Positions 37,838 to 46,260 of a DNA stretch of 64,000 bases are shown one piece after another. The notes below the pieces were generated by a model. That model saw only the letters and a program-made list of their open reading frames with translations, was not told the DNA's origin and made no database searches. The first letter of the stretch is position 1. Each line of letters begins with the position of its first letter. Source of the stretch: a virus. The translations under genes and the position numbers were made by a program. The stretch is taken from positions 1 to 64,000 of IMG/VR virus record IMGVR_UViG_3300032323_000939; one strand, given 5' to 3'.

Positions 37838-39915
37838 TATTTACTCCCAACTGTATTAAGTGCTCTATCTTTTAACAGGATGTCTCTTACTCTCTTTGCA
37901 AAGGCAATTGCTTCTGCATCAGATGCCTTATCAATTGTTAAAGTAATGTTCACTGTTTGTCCGCTACCCATTGGTGCATTACTACCAGTGTTATTAGCAC
38001 TATAACCTGGGATAGTTGTTCCCCAAGGAGAAGCGTTTACTGCGCCAAGGACTGCGGCAGTACTTGTTCCTTGTTTTAATGCTGCAAGGATATTACTGTA
38101 TCTTCCATTTTGCAGCGTTTGAACAGTTGCAGATAATCCAGCATCATAACTTGCGTATTTTTGTACGCCAACAGAGTTCATACTTCCAGTTGAACCGCTT
38201 GTCCTTAACGTAGTGTTTAATGGATTAAACATCGCACTGTTTATACCAAGACCAGTTGACTTACCGCCACCGCCACCTTCAAACTTCATCCAAGTAGTCA
38301 TAGCAGCAATATTGCTATCGGTTATTGGCGCATTAATTCTAGATAATAAATCAGTTGCAAATTGTGTCTCTGTTGCATTTCCACTTATTACTGGTGCATT
38401 CTTTGTTGAGGTCATTGATTGAACTGCTTTTGTTCCAAGATAACCTAGACCTGTAAGAACTCCACCAGCAATTGCACCTGGTACAGCACCAACACCACCA
38501 GCAAATGAACCAGCAATACCACCAGCAGCAGCGCCAATACCAACACTACTTAAGAATCCCTGACCACTAGCAGCACCTACAACGCCTCCAACAATAGGTA
38601 CGGCTCTTCCAAGAGCCATTGCACCACCTCTAACAGCAACACCTCCCGCTGTTTGTGCAGCAGTCTGTGCAACTGTTGTAGCAGCCACTTGTCCAGCACC
38701 TCTAGCCGCCATTGCGATCCCTGCTTTAGCCAACGCTGCACGAGCACCAGCAGCAACGGCAATTGTGCCTGCTGCTCCAGCAATACCGCCAAGCACTCCG
38801 CTTACACCAGCGCCAGGACCTGAACTTGAGAATGCTTGTAACGCACCTTTTAATTCAAAAAATTTATCAGGCAATCCCTCTAATGATTTATTTAATTTTG
38901 TTATTAAATCTGCTGCGCCACCAAGACCACGCAGTTGTGCCTCTGTTCCACGTTCCATTAAAGATGTTGCCGAAGTATTCATCTGGTAAATACCCATACT
39001 TGGGTTATCAGCACCAGACATGTTTGCTAAATCAAAGCCCTGTCCTTGACTAAAGGCGGTGAATGCCCTAACCATTAATTCTTTTTGATTTGTATCAAAT
39101 CCTAGGTTTGTAAGTTCAGCACCAGCAAAGCCCTCTCGAACTGAGACCGCAATATCTCTCGCAGTTAATCCTTGTTGATTTCTAAATAAACGTCTGTAAA
39201 GTTGTCTAGCAATATCTTCAGTACTTCTAATTTCTCCAGTCTTTGTATTGATTGTACTTATACCTAATTGATAAAGATTCCCACCCATTGCTCCAGTGTG
39301 TAATCCACCAATTGCTGCAGCCGCAGTTGCATTAGGCATATTAAATCCACGAGCAGCGCCACCAACTTCTCCCATAGCCTGAGTGAATGACGCTGTTCCA
39401 GGAAGTATGTTGTAACCCTGAGCAAGCATTGCAGCGGCTGCTGCATCTTCTCCCATGCCAGTAATGCCACCCCTAAGAGCACCAAATGTTGCTGCTGCTA
39501 AGCCAGCACGAGTCATTCCTGGTGCACGAGTGGCTGCTCCATAGAAACCAGAAGCACGAGATACAGTCATTCCTAAATCTGGAAGTGCGGCATAAGCACC
39601 GCCTGCAAGACCTAAGCCAAGTTGAATACCACCAATAGTCGCTGCGCCAGTTTTAGAGTATGCCCAAGGCATAGCATTTTGAGCACCACCAGTAGTTGAG
39701 GAGAAGGTGGCATTACTTGTTCCCAAGTTCATGCCAGGGCTTTGTCCCATGTTCATACCTAGGACCTGTTTTACACTGCCAAGAGTTGTACCAGCAAGGC
39801 CAGTTACTTTTTTTAAACCTTCGACAAGTTTATCTACTTGAGAGTTTAAACCCTTTAAACCTTTTTCAACATTGGAAATAGAACTAACGGGATCGTTATT
39901 GCCAATACTAACCAT
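37837..39915 (-). CDS. Tape measure protein with C-terminal lysozyme/transglycosylase-like domain
   Basis: Ala/Gly-rich; W..FE...NPLNTT...GVQKY...G..AT..TL..GRY. Confidence 0.85.
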   Translation of the reverse strand: MVSIGNNDPVSSISNVEKGLKGLNSQVDKLVEGLKKVTGLAGTTLGSVKQVLGMNMGQSPGMNLGTSNATFSSTTGGAQNAMPWAYSKTGAATIGGIQLGLGLAGGAYAALPDLGMTVSRASGFYGAATRAPGMTRAGLAAATFGALRGGITGMGEDAAAAAMLAQGYNILPGTASFTQAMGEVGGAARGFNMPNATAAAAIGGLHTGAMGGNLYQLGISTINTKTGEIRSTEDIARQLYRRLFRNQQGLTARDIAVSVREGFAGAELTNLGFDTNQKELMVRAFTAFSQGQGFDLANMSGADNPSMGIYQMNTSATSLMERGTEAQLRGLGGAADLITKLNKSLEGLPDKFFELKGALQAFSSSGPGAGVSGVLGGIAGAAGTIAVAAGARAALAKAGIAMAARGAGQVAATTVAQTAAQTAGGVAVRGGAMALGRAVPIVGGVVGAASGQGFLSSVGIGAAAGGIAGSFAGGVGAVPGAIAGGVLTGLGYLGTKAVQSMTSTKNAPVISGNATETQFATDLLSRINAPITDSNIAAMTTWMKFEGGGGGKSTGLGINSAMFNPLNTTLRTSGSTGSMNSVGVQKYASYDAGLSATVQTLQNGRYSNILAALKQGTSTAAVLGAVNASPWGTTIPGYSANNTGSNAPMGSGQTVNITLTIDKASDAEAIAFAKRVRDILLKDRALNTVGSK

Positions 39916-40051
39916 CAGTACTCCTTCCATATCTATTCTTGGCTATCTCTAACCAGTTATTTCTTTCTCTTTTAGACAAAATCTTTATGTCTTCTAGAGT
40001 CCAACCTTCGTACAAGTGCGTTAATGCTGCCCACTCAGAGAATAGGCGCAT
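39908..40051 (-). CDS. Small tail assembly chaperone partner (47 aa; not in ORF track)
   Basis: MRLFSEWAALTHLYEGWTLEDIKILSKRERNNWL; classic position between chaperone and tape measure. Confidence 0.7.
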   Translation of the reverse strand: MRLFSEWAALTHLYEGWTLEDIKILSKRERNNWLEIAKNRYGRSTDG

Positions 40052-40064
40052 GTAGTGCGTTACG

Positions 40065-40874
40065 CTAGAACCGAAATAATGATCCTAAATTAATAGGAAC
40101 CAGTACCTCACTTTCACAATTTGGACATGTAACAGTGACGTCGTCAAATTGTGGACCTGGCGCTCTGTGGTTTATTTCATCGATAATTGCTCTGCGATCT
40201 GAAACACTAAGTGTTTGAACCTGTGCCTTGCTAAACACTGGAGACTCGCCAATTCTAACAACGGTATTTTCTAAAATAATTGTGCTTAATTCGGCAGATG
40301 TCTTTTCCATATTATTAATCATTTCTTTTTGAACAACTCCATTTGGCAGTTTTACAACGTACTCAACAGACTTGCCCTTTACAGTAAAGACACGATCATT
40401 AACTGGATCAGTTAATACCTTAAACTTTATATCTGTATCAATATCTACCTGAACAATCTTTTGATCAGAGCAGCCATTACAGTAAGCAGGTACTTCAACC
40501 TTTTGACCAAATGTATTCTTTAAAATCCCAAGTAAAATTGCATCTCTATCACCAATTAATAACTGGTCTAGTAGGCGTTCATCCGCTTGTTCATCTCCAA
40601 CCTTGACCGTTCCACGGTTAAGAATTGTCATGATTGCTTTTCCTAAATTTGTTGCTTTTGATATTGCCTCTTCATCTCTACCGTTAAGTTCACGAACTTC
40701 AACAGTTTTGATAACCTCCCCAGCGGCGTTTATATAGCCACCAGGAAGGTTTACAGTTGTGTCCGAAGGAAGGACAATATCTGGAGCAAGTTCCTTTGGC
40801 TCTTCTTTTAGAGCCTTTGTTAAGAGTTCGTTTGCCAATGCGGGATTAGCCGCTGCATTAATTGTGTTCGACAT
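40065..40874 (-). CDS. Tail assembly chaperone (T4 gp26-like)
   Basis: VRELNGRDEE, LLIGDRD, CxxC twice. Confidence 0.75.
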   Translation of the reverse strand: MSNTINAAANPALANELLTKALKEEPKELAPDIVLPSDTTVNLPGGYINAAGEVIKTVEVRELNGRDEEAISKATNLGKAIMTILNRGTVKVGDEQADERLLDQLLIGDRDAILLGILKNTFGQKVEVPAYCNGCSDQKIVQVDIDTDIKFKVLTDPVNDRVFTVKGKSVEYVVKLPNGVVQKEMINNMEKTSAELSTIILENTVVRIGESPVFSKAQVQTLSVSDRRAIIDEINHRAPGPQFDDVTVTCPNCESEVLVPINLGSLFRF

Positions 40875-40891
40875 TATTTTCCTTTGTTAGA

Positions 40892-41521
40892 TTATGCTGG
40901 GAATGCTGCTGCTGAAGTAGTTAAGTTTGTTGCCCAGTTAACATCAAAGCCCTCATGGACTAGTGTCATTTGTTCAACAAACAGAGCGTTGTCTCCAGCA
41001 TTTAGATCAGAGTATGCCACAGAAGTTGGCCAGCAGTTATACACGTTAAAGCGCATCGCTACGTGGTCTGTGTCTGCTGGAGTATTACTGTCTGGAGTAG
41101 AACCTGGAATTGGGTGAGACAAAACTGCAATCTCTAGTTCGCAACGGAAATTCTCACCACGAGCACGGGTTGAACCTCCACCTTGAACTGTTGCAAACAA
41201 GTTTCTCATCCACTCCCAGTTTTGATTTGTTCCAAGAATTACACCACGTTGCAGTGTGATAGGAGCAAATGTAGTTTGTCCTGGAATCTGGTGAACGGTT
41301 GTGTTGTATCCACCTTCACGGTAAGGAATAGAGTCTGTTGTAACAGCCATTCCTGATATAGATGTAAAGCCTAGAGTTGCAGTTCCCAAGTTCTTTGTTG
41401 CAGTACTTGTAGCCGCAGCACCAGTTGCTGTACTTGTTAATGGTTTAAACGTAACTAAAAATCTAAAGTTACGTAATGGATCGGTAATTAATGATGACCG
41501 ATTGTTAATGATTGTAGGCAT
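40892..41521 (-). CDS. Tail tube protein (T4 gp19-like)
   Basis: DPLRNFRF, YREGG, PGQTTFAPITLQRG, WP...SDLNA, LVHEG. Confidence 0.92.
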   Translation of the reverse strand: MPTIINNRSSLITDPLRNFRFLVTFKPLTSTATGAAATSTATKNLGTATLGFTSISGMAVTTDSIPYREGGYNTTVHQIPGQTTFAPITLQRGVILGTNQNWEWMRNLFATVQGGGSTRARGENFRCELEIAVLSHPIPGSTPDSNTPADTDHVAMRFNVYNCWPTSVAYSDLNAGDNALFVEQMTLVHEGFDVNWATNLTTSAAAFPA

Positions 41522-41541
41522 TTATTTATTTCTCCTTCGGA

Positions 41542-43044
41542 TTAGTTCAAAGTCTTTTGACTTAGATCGATGACAATGAACTCTGCTGGGTATTGAAGAG
41601 CAACACCAACCTCTATGTGTACTTCTCCATTTGCAATTTGTTGTGCGTTATTGTTTTCATTATCGCACTTTACAAAGTAAGCCTGTGAAGCAGTTGCTCC
41701 ACGAAGACCGCCTTGATTACGGTATTCATTTAAGAATGAACCAAGACTTGTACGAATCTGTGCCCATAGACGCTCATCGTTATTTTCAAAGATTGCGAAT
41801 TCAGTAAGATTCTGTAGTTGCTTACGGATGTAGATTAATGAACGACGCATGTTTACATACTTGTTAGCAGTTCCATCTTGCTTCAAAGTACGAGCACCCA
41901 TCACTGAAAGACCAGCACCAGGAATCTGGCGAATTGGGTTTACTGGTGATGTGCTTGCGTTCATTGTGTCTAACTCAGTAGATGTGAATGACTTCTCAAC
42001 TGCAACAACTCCTAGTAATGAGGTTGTAATACCAGCAGGGGCTTTGAATACGCCTCTGTTAGCATCAGTTGTTAAGTACAAGCCAGTTACTGCACCTGCT
42101 GGGCCAATCTTACGAAGAGCGCCAGTTCCACGGCCAATTGGATCAGCAATGAAAACAGGTGGGTAGTAGACAGCGGCATGACTTGAGTCAGTTAAACTTC
42201 CCGCAAATGAAACAGCGTTAGCCACTGTTAAATCTGGATCAGTGTCAATAACTACAAATCCTTCATTGCTTTCAGCCCAAGATGTAGCAGCGTCAAATAC
42301 TGAAACTGTTCCAGAGGCTAGTGCGTTTGCTGCTGGTATAAACAGAACTAGTGCACGGTTTAAAGAGGATAGTCTTTCAAATACAGAAGAAGCAGTTCCC
42401 TTGTAAGCAGTGTAGTCAGTAGATGCTGTTGCAGTTCCATTAGATCCACCAGTTAGTGGATAGGTTGCTGAAACAATTGTTCCTGAAGTAGACGCACTGA
42501 TAGAGATGTTTGGTGAAACTAAGTTAATAACAGTCTCAGCAAAATCACTTGATGTTGGATCGTTAAATACAACATTCTCATAACGCTCCAGAAGAACGTC
42601 ATCAGTAATATCATTAGCAACACCTGACTCTTTGTAAAGAGTGAGTGTGTATGTGCTTGCAACACTACCTGCAGACACAACAACACGAAGGGTGTTGCCA
42701 TCTGTTCCTGCATTCTTTGAGGTTACAGTTGCAACTACTGCGCTTCCAGAAGTTAATAGATCTACTGAAGCAGCATCTGCATCACTTGCTAGTAGGCGTT
42801 GAACATATAGTTCACGTCCGCCATTAGCAAAGAAAGAGCCAACTTGGAAGGTGGCTGGATAGGAAGCGTTGTAGCCTCCAAAATTCTTAGTAAATTCATA
42901 CCAAGATGTAACAAGCGTTACTGATTCTGGGCCTTGTGCAAAAGGTGCAACAACTGCGCCAGCAGCATTTGCAGTAACTCCTGTTGGGAGTACTGCGGGT
43001 AGAAGGCGTTCACTGATGTAAACACCTGGACGGCTGTAAGCCAT
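41542..43044 (-). CDS. Contractile tail sheath protein
   Basis: PGVYISE, FFANGG, GVFKAPAG, GARTL, FENND, PAEFI. Confidence 0.95.
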   Translation of the reverse strand: MAYSRPGVYISERLLPAVLPTGVTANAAGAVVAPFAQGPESVTLVTSWYEFTKNFGGYNASYPATFQVGSFFANGGRELYVQRLLASDADAASVDLLTSGSAVVATVTSKNAGTDGNTLRVVVSAGSVASTYTLTLYKESGVANDITDDVLLERYENVVFNDPTSSDFAETVINLVSPNISISASTSGTIVSATYPLTGGSNGTATASTDYTAYKGTASSVFERLSSLNRALVLFIPAANALASGTVSVFDAATSWAESNEGFVVIDTDPDLTVANAVSFAGSLTDSSHAAVYYPPVFIADPIGRGTGALRKIGPAGAVTGLYLTTDANRGVFKAPAGITTSLLGVVAVEKSFTSTELDTMNASTSPVNPIRQIPGAGLSVMGARTLKQDGTANKYVNMRRSLIYIRKQLQNLTEFAIFENNDERLWAQIRTSLGSFLNEYRNQGGLRGATASQAYFVKCDNENNNAQQIANGEVHIEVGVALQYPAEFIVIDLSQKTLN

Positions 43045-43075
43045 GATTTCTCCTAACTAGATTGGTATGGGTTCC

Positions 43076-43735
43076 TTATTGTTCTACGATGAATGATTCG
43101 ATAGCGGTAAAATCTGAACGACCAATTACTTGGCTTCCAGTTGTACCAGTGACGTTAATTTGTAGCGCTTTGTATACTTGGTTGTAGGTTTCTGGTGCAA
43201 TCTCACTTGAGACACGCACCGTTATTGCGTTTACGAATAAACGCTTTCCTTGCTCCGTGATATCTCTCTTAGAAATATCAAGGACATCTAGACGCCGAGT
43301 TGTACCGTACACGGTATTCGGACCTGTTTCTAATACAGCAAATCGTAATGGAATTTTTGTGTAAAGAAGTTGTGACAGCAATTGACGATCATGCCTTGGT
43401 TGACGAGCATAGGTTGTAATTTGATAATCGATGTTTACTGGAATTGGCCAGTTAATATCCCAGTTTTCTGTTTCTGAATTATACCCACTAGTTGGATCTT
43501 GAAGATATGCAGGCTTTACTCTTCCACGCATAGCACGAGGAATATCCTCAGAGATATCGATCATATCAATTGTTATGTATGGGTATGACTGATTACGAAT
43601 TTCTTGATCAGGTTGACCAAACCATACGCCAACTGATCTGTTGGATACGTTATCAGTTACTGACTTTTGATCAGTCACATACATGTTTTTTAATAGATTT
43701 CTAAGTGCTTCATCTTCATCTAATAGGAATGACAT
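43076..43735 (-). CDS. Tail terminator/completion protein
   Basis: YPYITID...PVNIDYQIT; directly upstream of sheath. Confidence 0.7.
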   Translation of the reverse strand: MSFLLDEDEALRNLLKNMYVTDQKSVTDNVSNRSVGVWFGQPDQEIRNQSYPYITIDMIDISEDIPRAMRGRVKPAYLQDPTSGYNSETENWDINWPIPVNIDYQITTYARQPRHDRQLLSQLLYTKIPLRFAVLETGPNTVYGTTRRLDVLDISKRDITEQGKRLFVNAITVRVSSEIAPETYNQVYKALQINVTGTTGSQVIGRSDFTAIESFIVEQ

Positions 43736-44052
43736 TATCGGTTACCTAAATGTTTGGATGTTCGGCCAATTAAAAACTTTTCAGTTTCTTGTTGACGATT
43801 TTTAAACCGTCTAATGGCAGCGGTAGGTTGGGTGCTTGGAGTTCCGTACTCAAGGTCCATAGCCTCAGCACGATGACTCTTGTGCACGTTAACTGAGAAG
43901 GAGCCCTTGTTATGAGTCACATTTAATCCTCTTACAATATGAGATGGCCATCCAGAAGCCTGTGCTTCAGAACGAAGGTGGGCAGACATCATCCGTGTTG
44001 TTTCAACACTGGCTTTGTTTAGAGACTCTTTAAAGTTGTTTAGGTAGTTCAC
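43735..44052 (-). CDS. Neck/tail completion protein
   Basis: LEYGT motif; synteny. Confidence 0.55.
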   Translation of the reverse strand: MNYLNNFKESLNKASVETTRMMSAHLRSEAQASGWPSHIVRGLNVTHNKGSFSVNVHKSHRAEAMDLEYGTPSTQPTAAIRRFKNRQQETEKFLIGRTSKHLGNR

Positions 44053-44243
44053 TTCTTTTTCTTCGCCTTCGACACAACCCTTGCTGCACCTAACGCATAG
44101 GCGGCAGTAGTACCAAGTATTAAGGCTGCGACGGCAGGACGCTTTTCTTTAGGGCGGAAACCAAACACACCCTTTATAAACTCTTCACGTTCATTCTGGT
44201 TGTTCATTTCAGCAACTTGCTGATACCAAGGCTTATAAGCCAT
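44049..44243 (-). CDS. Small hypothetical protein with hydrophobic C-terminal segment
   Basis: ORF track. Confidence 0.6.
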   Translation of the reverse strand: MAYKPWYQQVAEMNNQNEREEFIKGVFGFRPKEKRPAVAALILGTTAAYALGAARVVSKAKKKK

Positions 44244-44281
44244 AATAAATAACCCCTTTTTCGCAACCTGTGGGACAGTAG

Positions 44282-44318
44282 TCAGGCACCGCAGCGGTGT
44301 TCTGATACAGCAATGATA
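44282..44318 (-). promoter_or_regulatory. Putative promoter (-10 TATCAT) and palindrome CACCGC-A-GCGGTG for neck/tail operon
   Basis: Located just after a terminator; 13-bp perfect palindrome flanked by TCAG/CTGA. Confidence 0.45.
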
Positions 44319-44322
44319 AATG

Positions 44323-44346
44323 AAAAAGCCCCCTAGTTGGGGGCTT
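44323..44346 (-). terminator. Rho-independent terminator closing micropeptide operon
   Basis: AAGCCCCC-AACTA-GGGGGCTT followed by TTT. Confidence 0.85.
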
Positions 44347-44354
44347 AGTCATTA

Positions 44355-44603
44355 CTACTTTTTAAACTTCTTTTCTCTTTTGTCTTCAGCCTTCTCGCCC
44401 TTCTTACCTTCTTTGGCTTCGTGCTTCTTAGACATAGATTTAATCTTTTTTACGTTAGCAACATCCATCTTGCGGTCATCCTCTTGGGACTTAGGCTTGC
44501 GATGCTTCTTATCCATCTTTTCAAACTTAGCCTTTTCCTCTTTGTCAAGACCTTTAGTGGTCTTGGCATCCTGCTTCTTGTCGGAGGCCTTGGTGTACTT
44601 CAT
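44355..44603 (-). CDS. Lys/Asp/Glu-rich small protein
   Basis: ORF track; TAATG coupling. Confidence 0.75.
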   Translation of the reverse strand: MKYTKASDKKQDAKTTKGLDKEEKAKFEKMDKKHRKPKSQEDDRKMDVANVKKIKSMSKKHEAKEGKKGEKAEDKREKKFKK

Positions 44604-44740
44604 TACATGCCCTTCTTACGAGGAAGCATGTTTTTGGTTTTACCCTTTTTTAAGGCTTTAAAATCAGCGCCAGTAATTTTATTTGTTGGCTTTGCAGCAC
44701 TAGCAATCTTCATCTGCTTAGGTGTAAGGTCTTTCTTCAT
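44603..44740 (-). CDS. Lys-rich micropeptide (45 aa)
   Basis: MKKDLTPKQMKIA...KITGADFKALKK; TAATG at both ends. Confidence 0.75.
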   Translation of the reverse strand: MKKDLTPKQMKIASAAKPTNKITGADFKALKKGKTKNMLPRKKGM

Positions 44741-44805
44741 TATTTACCTTTCTGGCAAGTAGGGCACTTGCACTTGCAGTTCTTCATAGTGCATTTAAGG
44801 GCCAT
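44740..44805 (-). CDS. Cys/Lys-rich micropeptide (21 aa)
   Basis: MALKCTMKNCKCKCPTCQKGK; TAATG at both ends. Confidence 0.7.
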   Translation of the reverse strand: MALKCTMKNCKCKCPTCQKGK

Positions 44806-44921
44806 TATTTTTTGTCCTTTTTCTTATCTGTCTTCTTTTTAGCATACTTTTTGTTAGCAGCGGCTAGAGTCTTTTCTCCGTGTTTATCTTTTGGCTTCAT
44901 ACAGCCACAGGTAGCGCACAT
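44805..44921 (-). CDS. MCATCGC Lys-rich micropeptide (38 aa)
   Basis: MCATCGCMKPKDKHG...; TAATG at both ends. Confidence 0.75.
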   Translation of the reverse strand: MCATCGCMKPKDKHGEKTLAAANKKYAKKKTDKKKDKK

Positions 44922-45010
44922 TATTTACCCTTTGGCTTTGGTTTGGCTTTTGGACCCTTACCGAATCCTGGTTGACCTTTTTTCTTACCGCATCCACATG
45001 TTGCACACAT
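44921..45010 (-). CDS. MCATCGC Lys-rich micropeptide (29 aa)
   Basis: MCATCGCGKKKGQPGFGKGPKAKPKPKGK. Confidence 0.75.
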   Translation of the reverse strand: MCATCGCGKKKGQPGFGKGPKAKPKPKGK

Positions 45011-45019
45011 TGGCTTTTC

Positions 45020-45256
45020 CTATCTATGTCTTGCCGTTTTTTTGGCAATTGATTTGGGTTGTTTTACAAACTGCTTTCCCTTGCTATTGCCTTCTGCTTT
45101 AGCACGGTTGGTCGCAGCCTTTTCTGAAGGAGTAAGAGTATCCCACGCTTTGTCTGGTAGGTAACGCTTTTTACCTTTAGATTCTTTGCCATCTGAAGTG
45201 CGCCATTTTTCATTGCCCCACTTCTTTAGGGATTGTTGTGATTTAGCAAGAGCCAT
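45020..45256 (-). CDS. DUF5872-like C-terminal half
   Basis: QQSLKKW..EKW.T.DG...RYLP.KAW...GKQFV. Confidence 0.7.
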   Translation of the reverse strand: MALAKSQQSLKKWGNEKWRTSDGKESKGKKRYLPDKAWDTLTPSEKAATNRAKAEGNSKGKQFVKQPKSIAKKTARHR

Positions 45257-45453
45257 TACTTGTACCCTCCGCCTGCTTTCTTATATTCAGAAGCAAGAAG
45301 TTGAGCCTTACGAGCAGACCACTCTCCTGGATCTCCGCCTTTAGTTCCAGCCTTTATCTTCTTAAATAAACTCTTACGCATTCCAGGCTTGGTGTAATTA
45401 CCAGCCTCATTTACTTTTGACTTTGGTTTTGCTGCTGCTTTTTTTGCTGCCAC
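45256..45453 (-). CDS. DUF5872-like N-terminal half
   Basis: YTKP..R...KGG.PGEWSARKAQLL..EYKKAGGGY; GTG start with AAAGGAG SD. Confidence 0.7.
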   Translation of the reverse strand: MAAKKAAAKPKSKVNEAGNYTKPGMRKSLFKKIKAGTKGGDPGEWSARKAQLLASEYKKAGGGYK

Positions 45454-45547
45454 TTTTTGCTCCTTTCGATGCTGGTACACAGTTAGGCACTCTCTTGCCA
45501 TTCTTTATCTTAAAACCTTTTTGAACGTAACCTTCCCAACATGCCAT
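45407..45547 (-). CDS. CWxGY...VPNCVP basic micropeptide (46 aa)
   Basis: MACWEGYVQKGFKIKNGKRVPNCVP...; TAATG start. Confidence 0.7.
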   Translation of the reverse strand: MACWEGYVQKGFKIKNGKRVPNCVPASKGAKSGSKKSSSKTKVKSK

Positions 45548-45777
45548 TACTTTTCCTTACCTTTATGGGGGTTGTTCTTGTGCCAATCCTTAACTGCTTT
45601 AACGCCCTGCTTAACTGTTTTAGATCCACCCTTTTTAGTTAGGTTTATCTTATCCCACTTACCTTGATCACCAGCGTGATCCACAATTACATCGCCTCTT
45701 TTATTCTTTTTAACAGTGTGCTTAGTGCCACCAGCCTTTAAAGTTTTTGGCTTCTCATCTTTCTTTTTGTTAACCAT
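45547..45777 (-). CDS. Lys-rich small protein
   Basis: ORF track; overlap coupling. Confidence 0.75.
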   Translation of the reverse strand: MVNKKKDEKPKTLKAGGTKHTVKKNKRGDVIVDHAGDQGKWDKINLTKKGGSKTVKQGVKAVKDWHKNNPHKGKEK

Positions 45778-45959
45778 CAGGCTACCGACTTCTTATGTTT
45801 GTAACGCATTGGGGCCTTTGGTCTTCTAATTACGCCACCTTTTTTTCGCTTTGGTTTAGCGCCACCAGACTCATATCTACTTTCAGCAATGTTTGTTTCA
45901 ACATTCTTCTGAGGCTGTTTACCAGCCCTTGCACCAATTCCTGAACGACGTTTCTTCAT
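45777..45959 (-). CDS. Lys/Arg-rich small protein
   Basis: ORF track; overlap coupling. Confidence 0.75.
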   Translation of the reverse strand: MKKRRSGIGARAGKQPQKNVETNIAESRYESGGAKPKRKKGGVIRRPKAPMRYKHKKSVA

Positions 45960-46135
45960 TACTTACTCTTCTTTTTCTTAGACATTCCCGCTTCGCTCAT
46001 TGCAATAGCAATTGCTTGTTTCTTTGATTTAACTACTGGGCCTTTTTTAGAGCCGCTATGAAGTTTTCCTTCTTTGTACTCTTTCATAACCTTCTCTACC
46101 TTACCCTTTTTAACAGCACTTGCTTTCTTAGCCAT
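45959..46135 (-). CDS. DUF6496-like basic protein (58 aa; not in ORF track)
   Basis: KVEKVMKEYKEGKLHSG...VKSKKQAIAIAMSEA. Confidence 0.8.
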   Translation of the reverse strand: MAKKASAVKKGKVEKVMKEYKEGKLHSGSKKGPVVKSKKQAIAIAMSEAGMSKKKKSK

Positions 46136-46254
46136 TATTCCTCTTCCTCTTCGAACTCTTCATCAAAGGCATGATCATCATACTCTTTGTCATAGAATAG
46201 TATCTCATCTTCTTCAAAGAGATCTGGATCTAATTCAGACTCAAAATCTTCCAC
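46135..46254 (-). CDS. Highly acidic micropeptide (39 aa, 22 Asp/Glu)
   Basis: MEDFESELDPDLFEEDEILFYDKEYDDHAFDEEFEEEEE; TAATG-coupled to next gene. Confidence 0.65.
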   Translation of the reverse strand: MEDFESELDPDLFEEDEILFYDKEYDDHAFDEEFEEEEE

Positions 46255-46260
46255 AATTTA

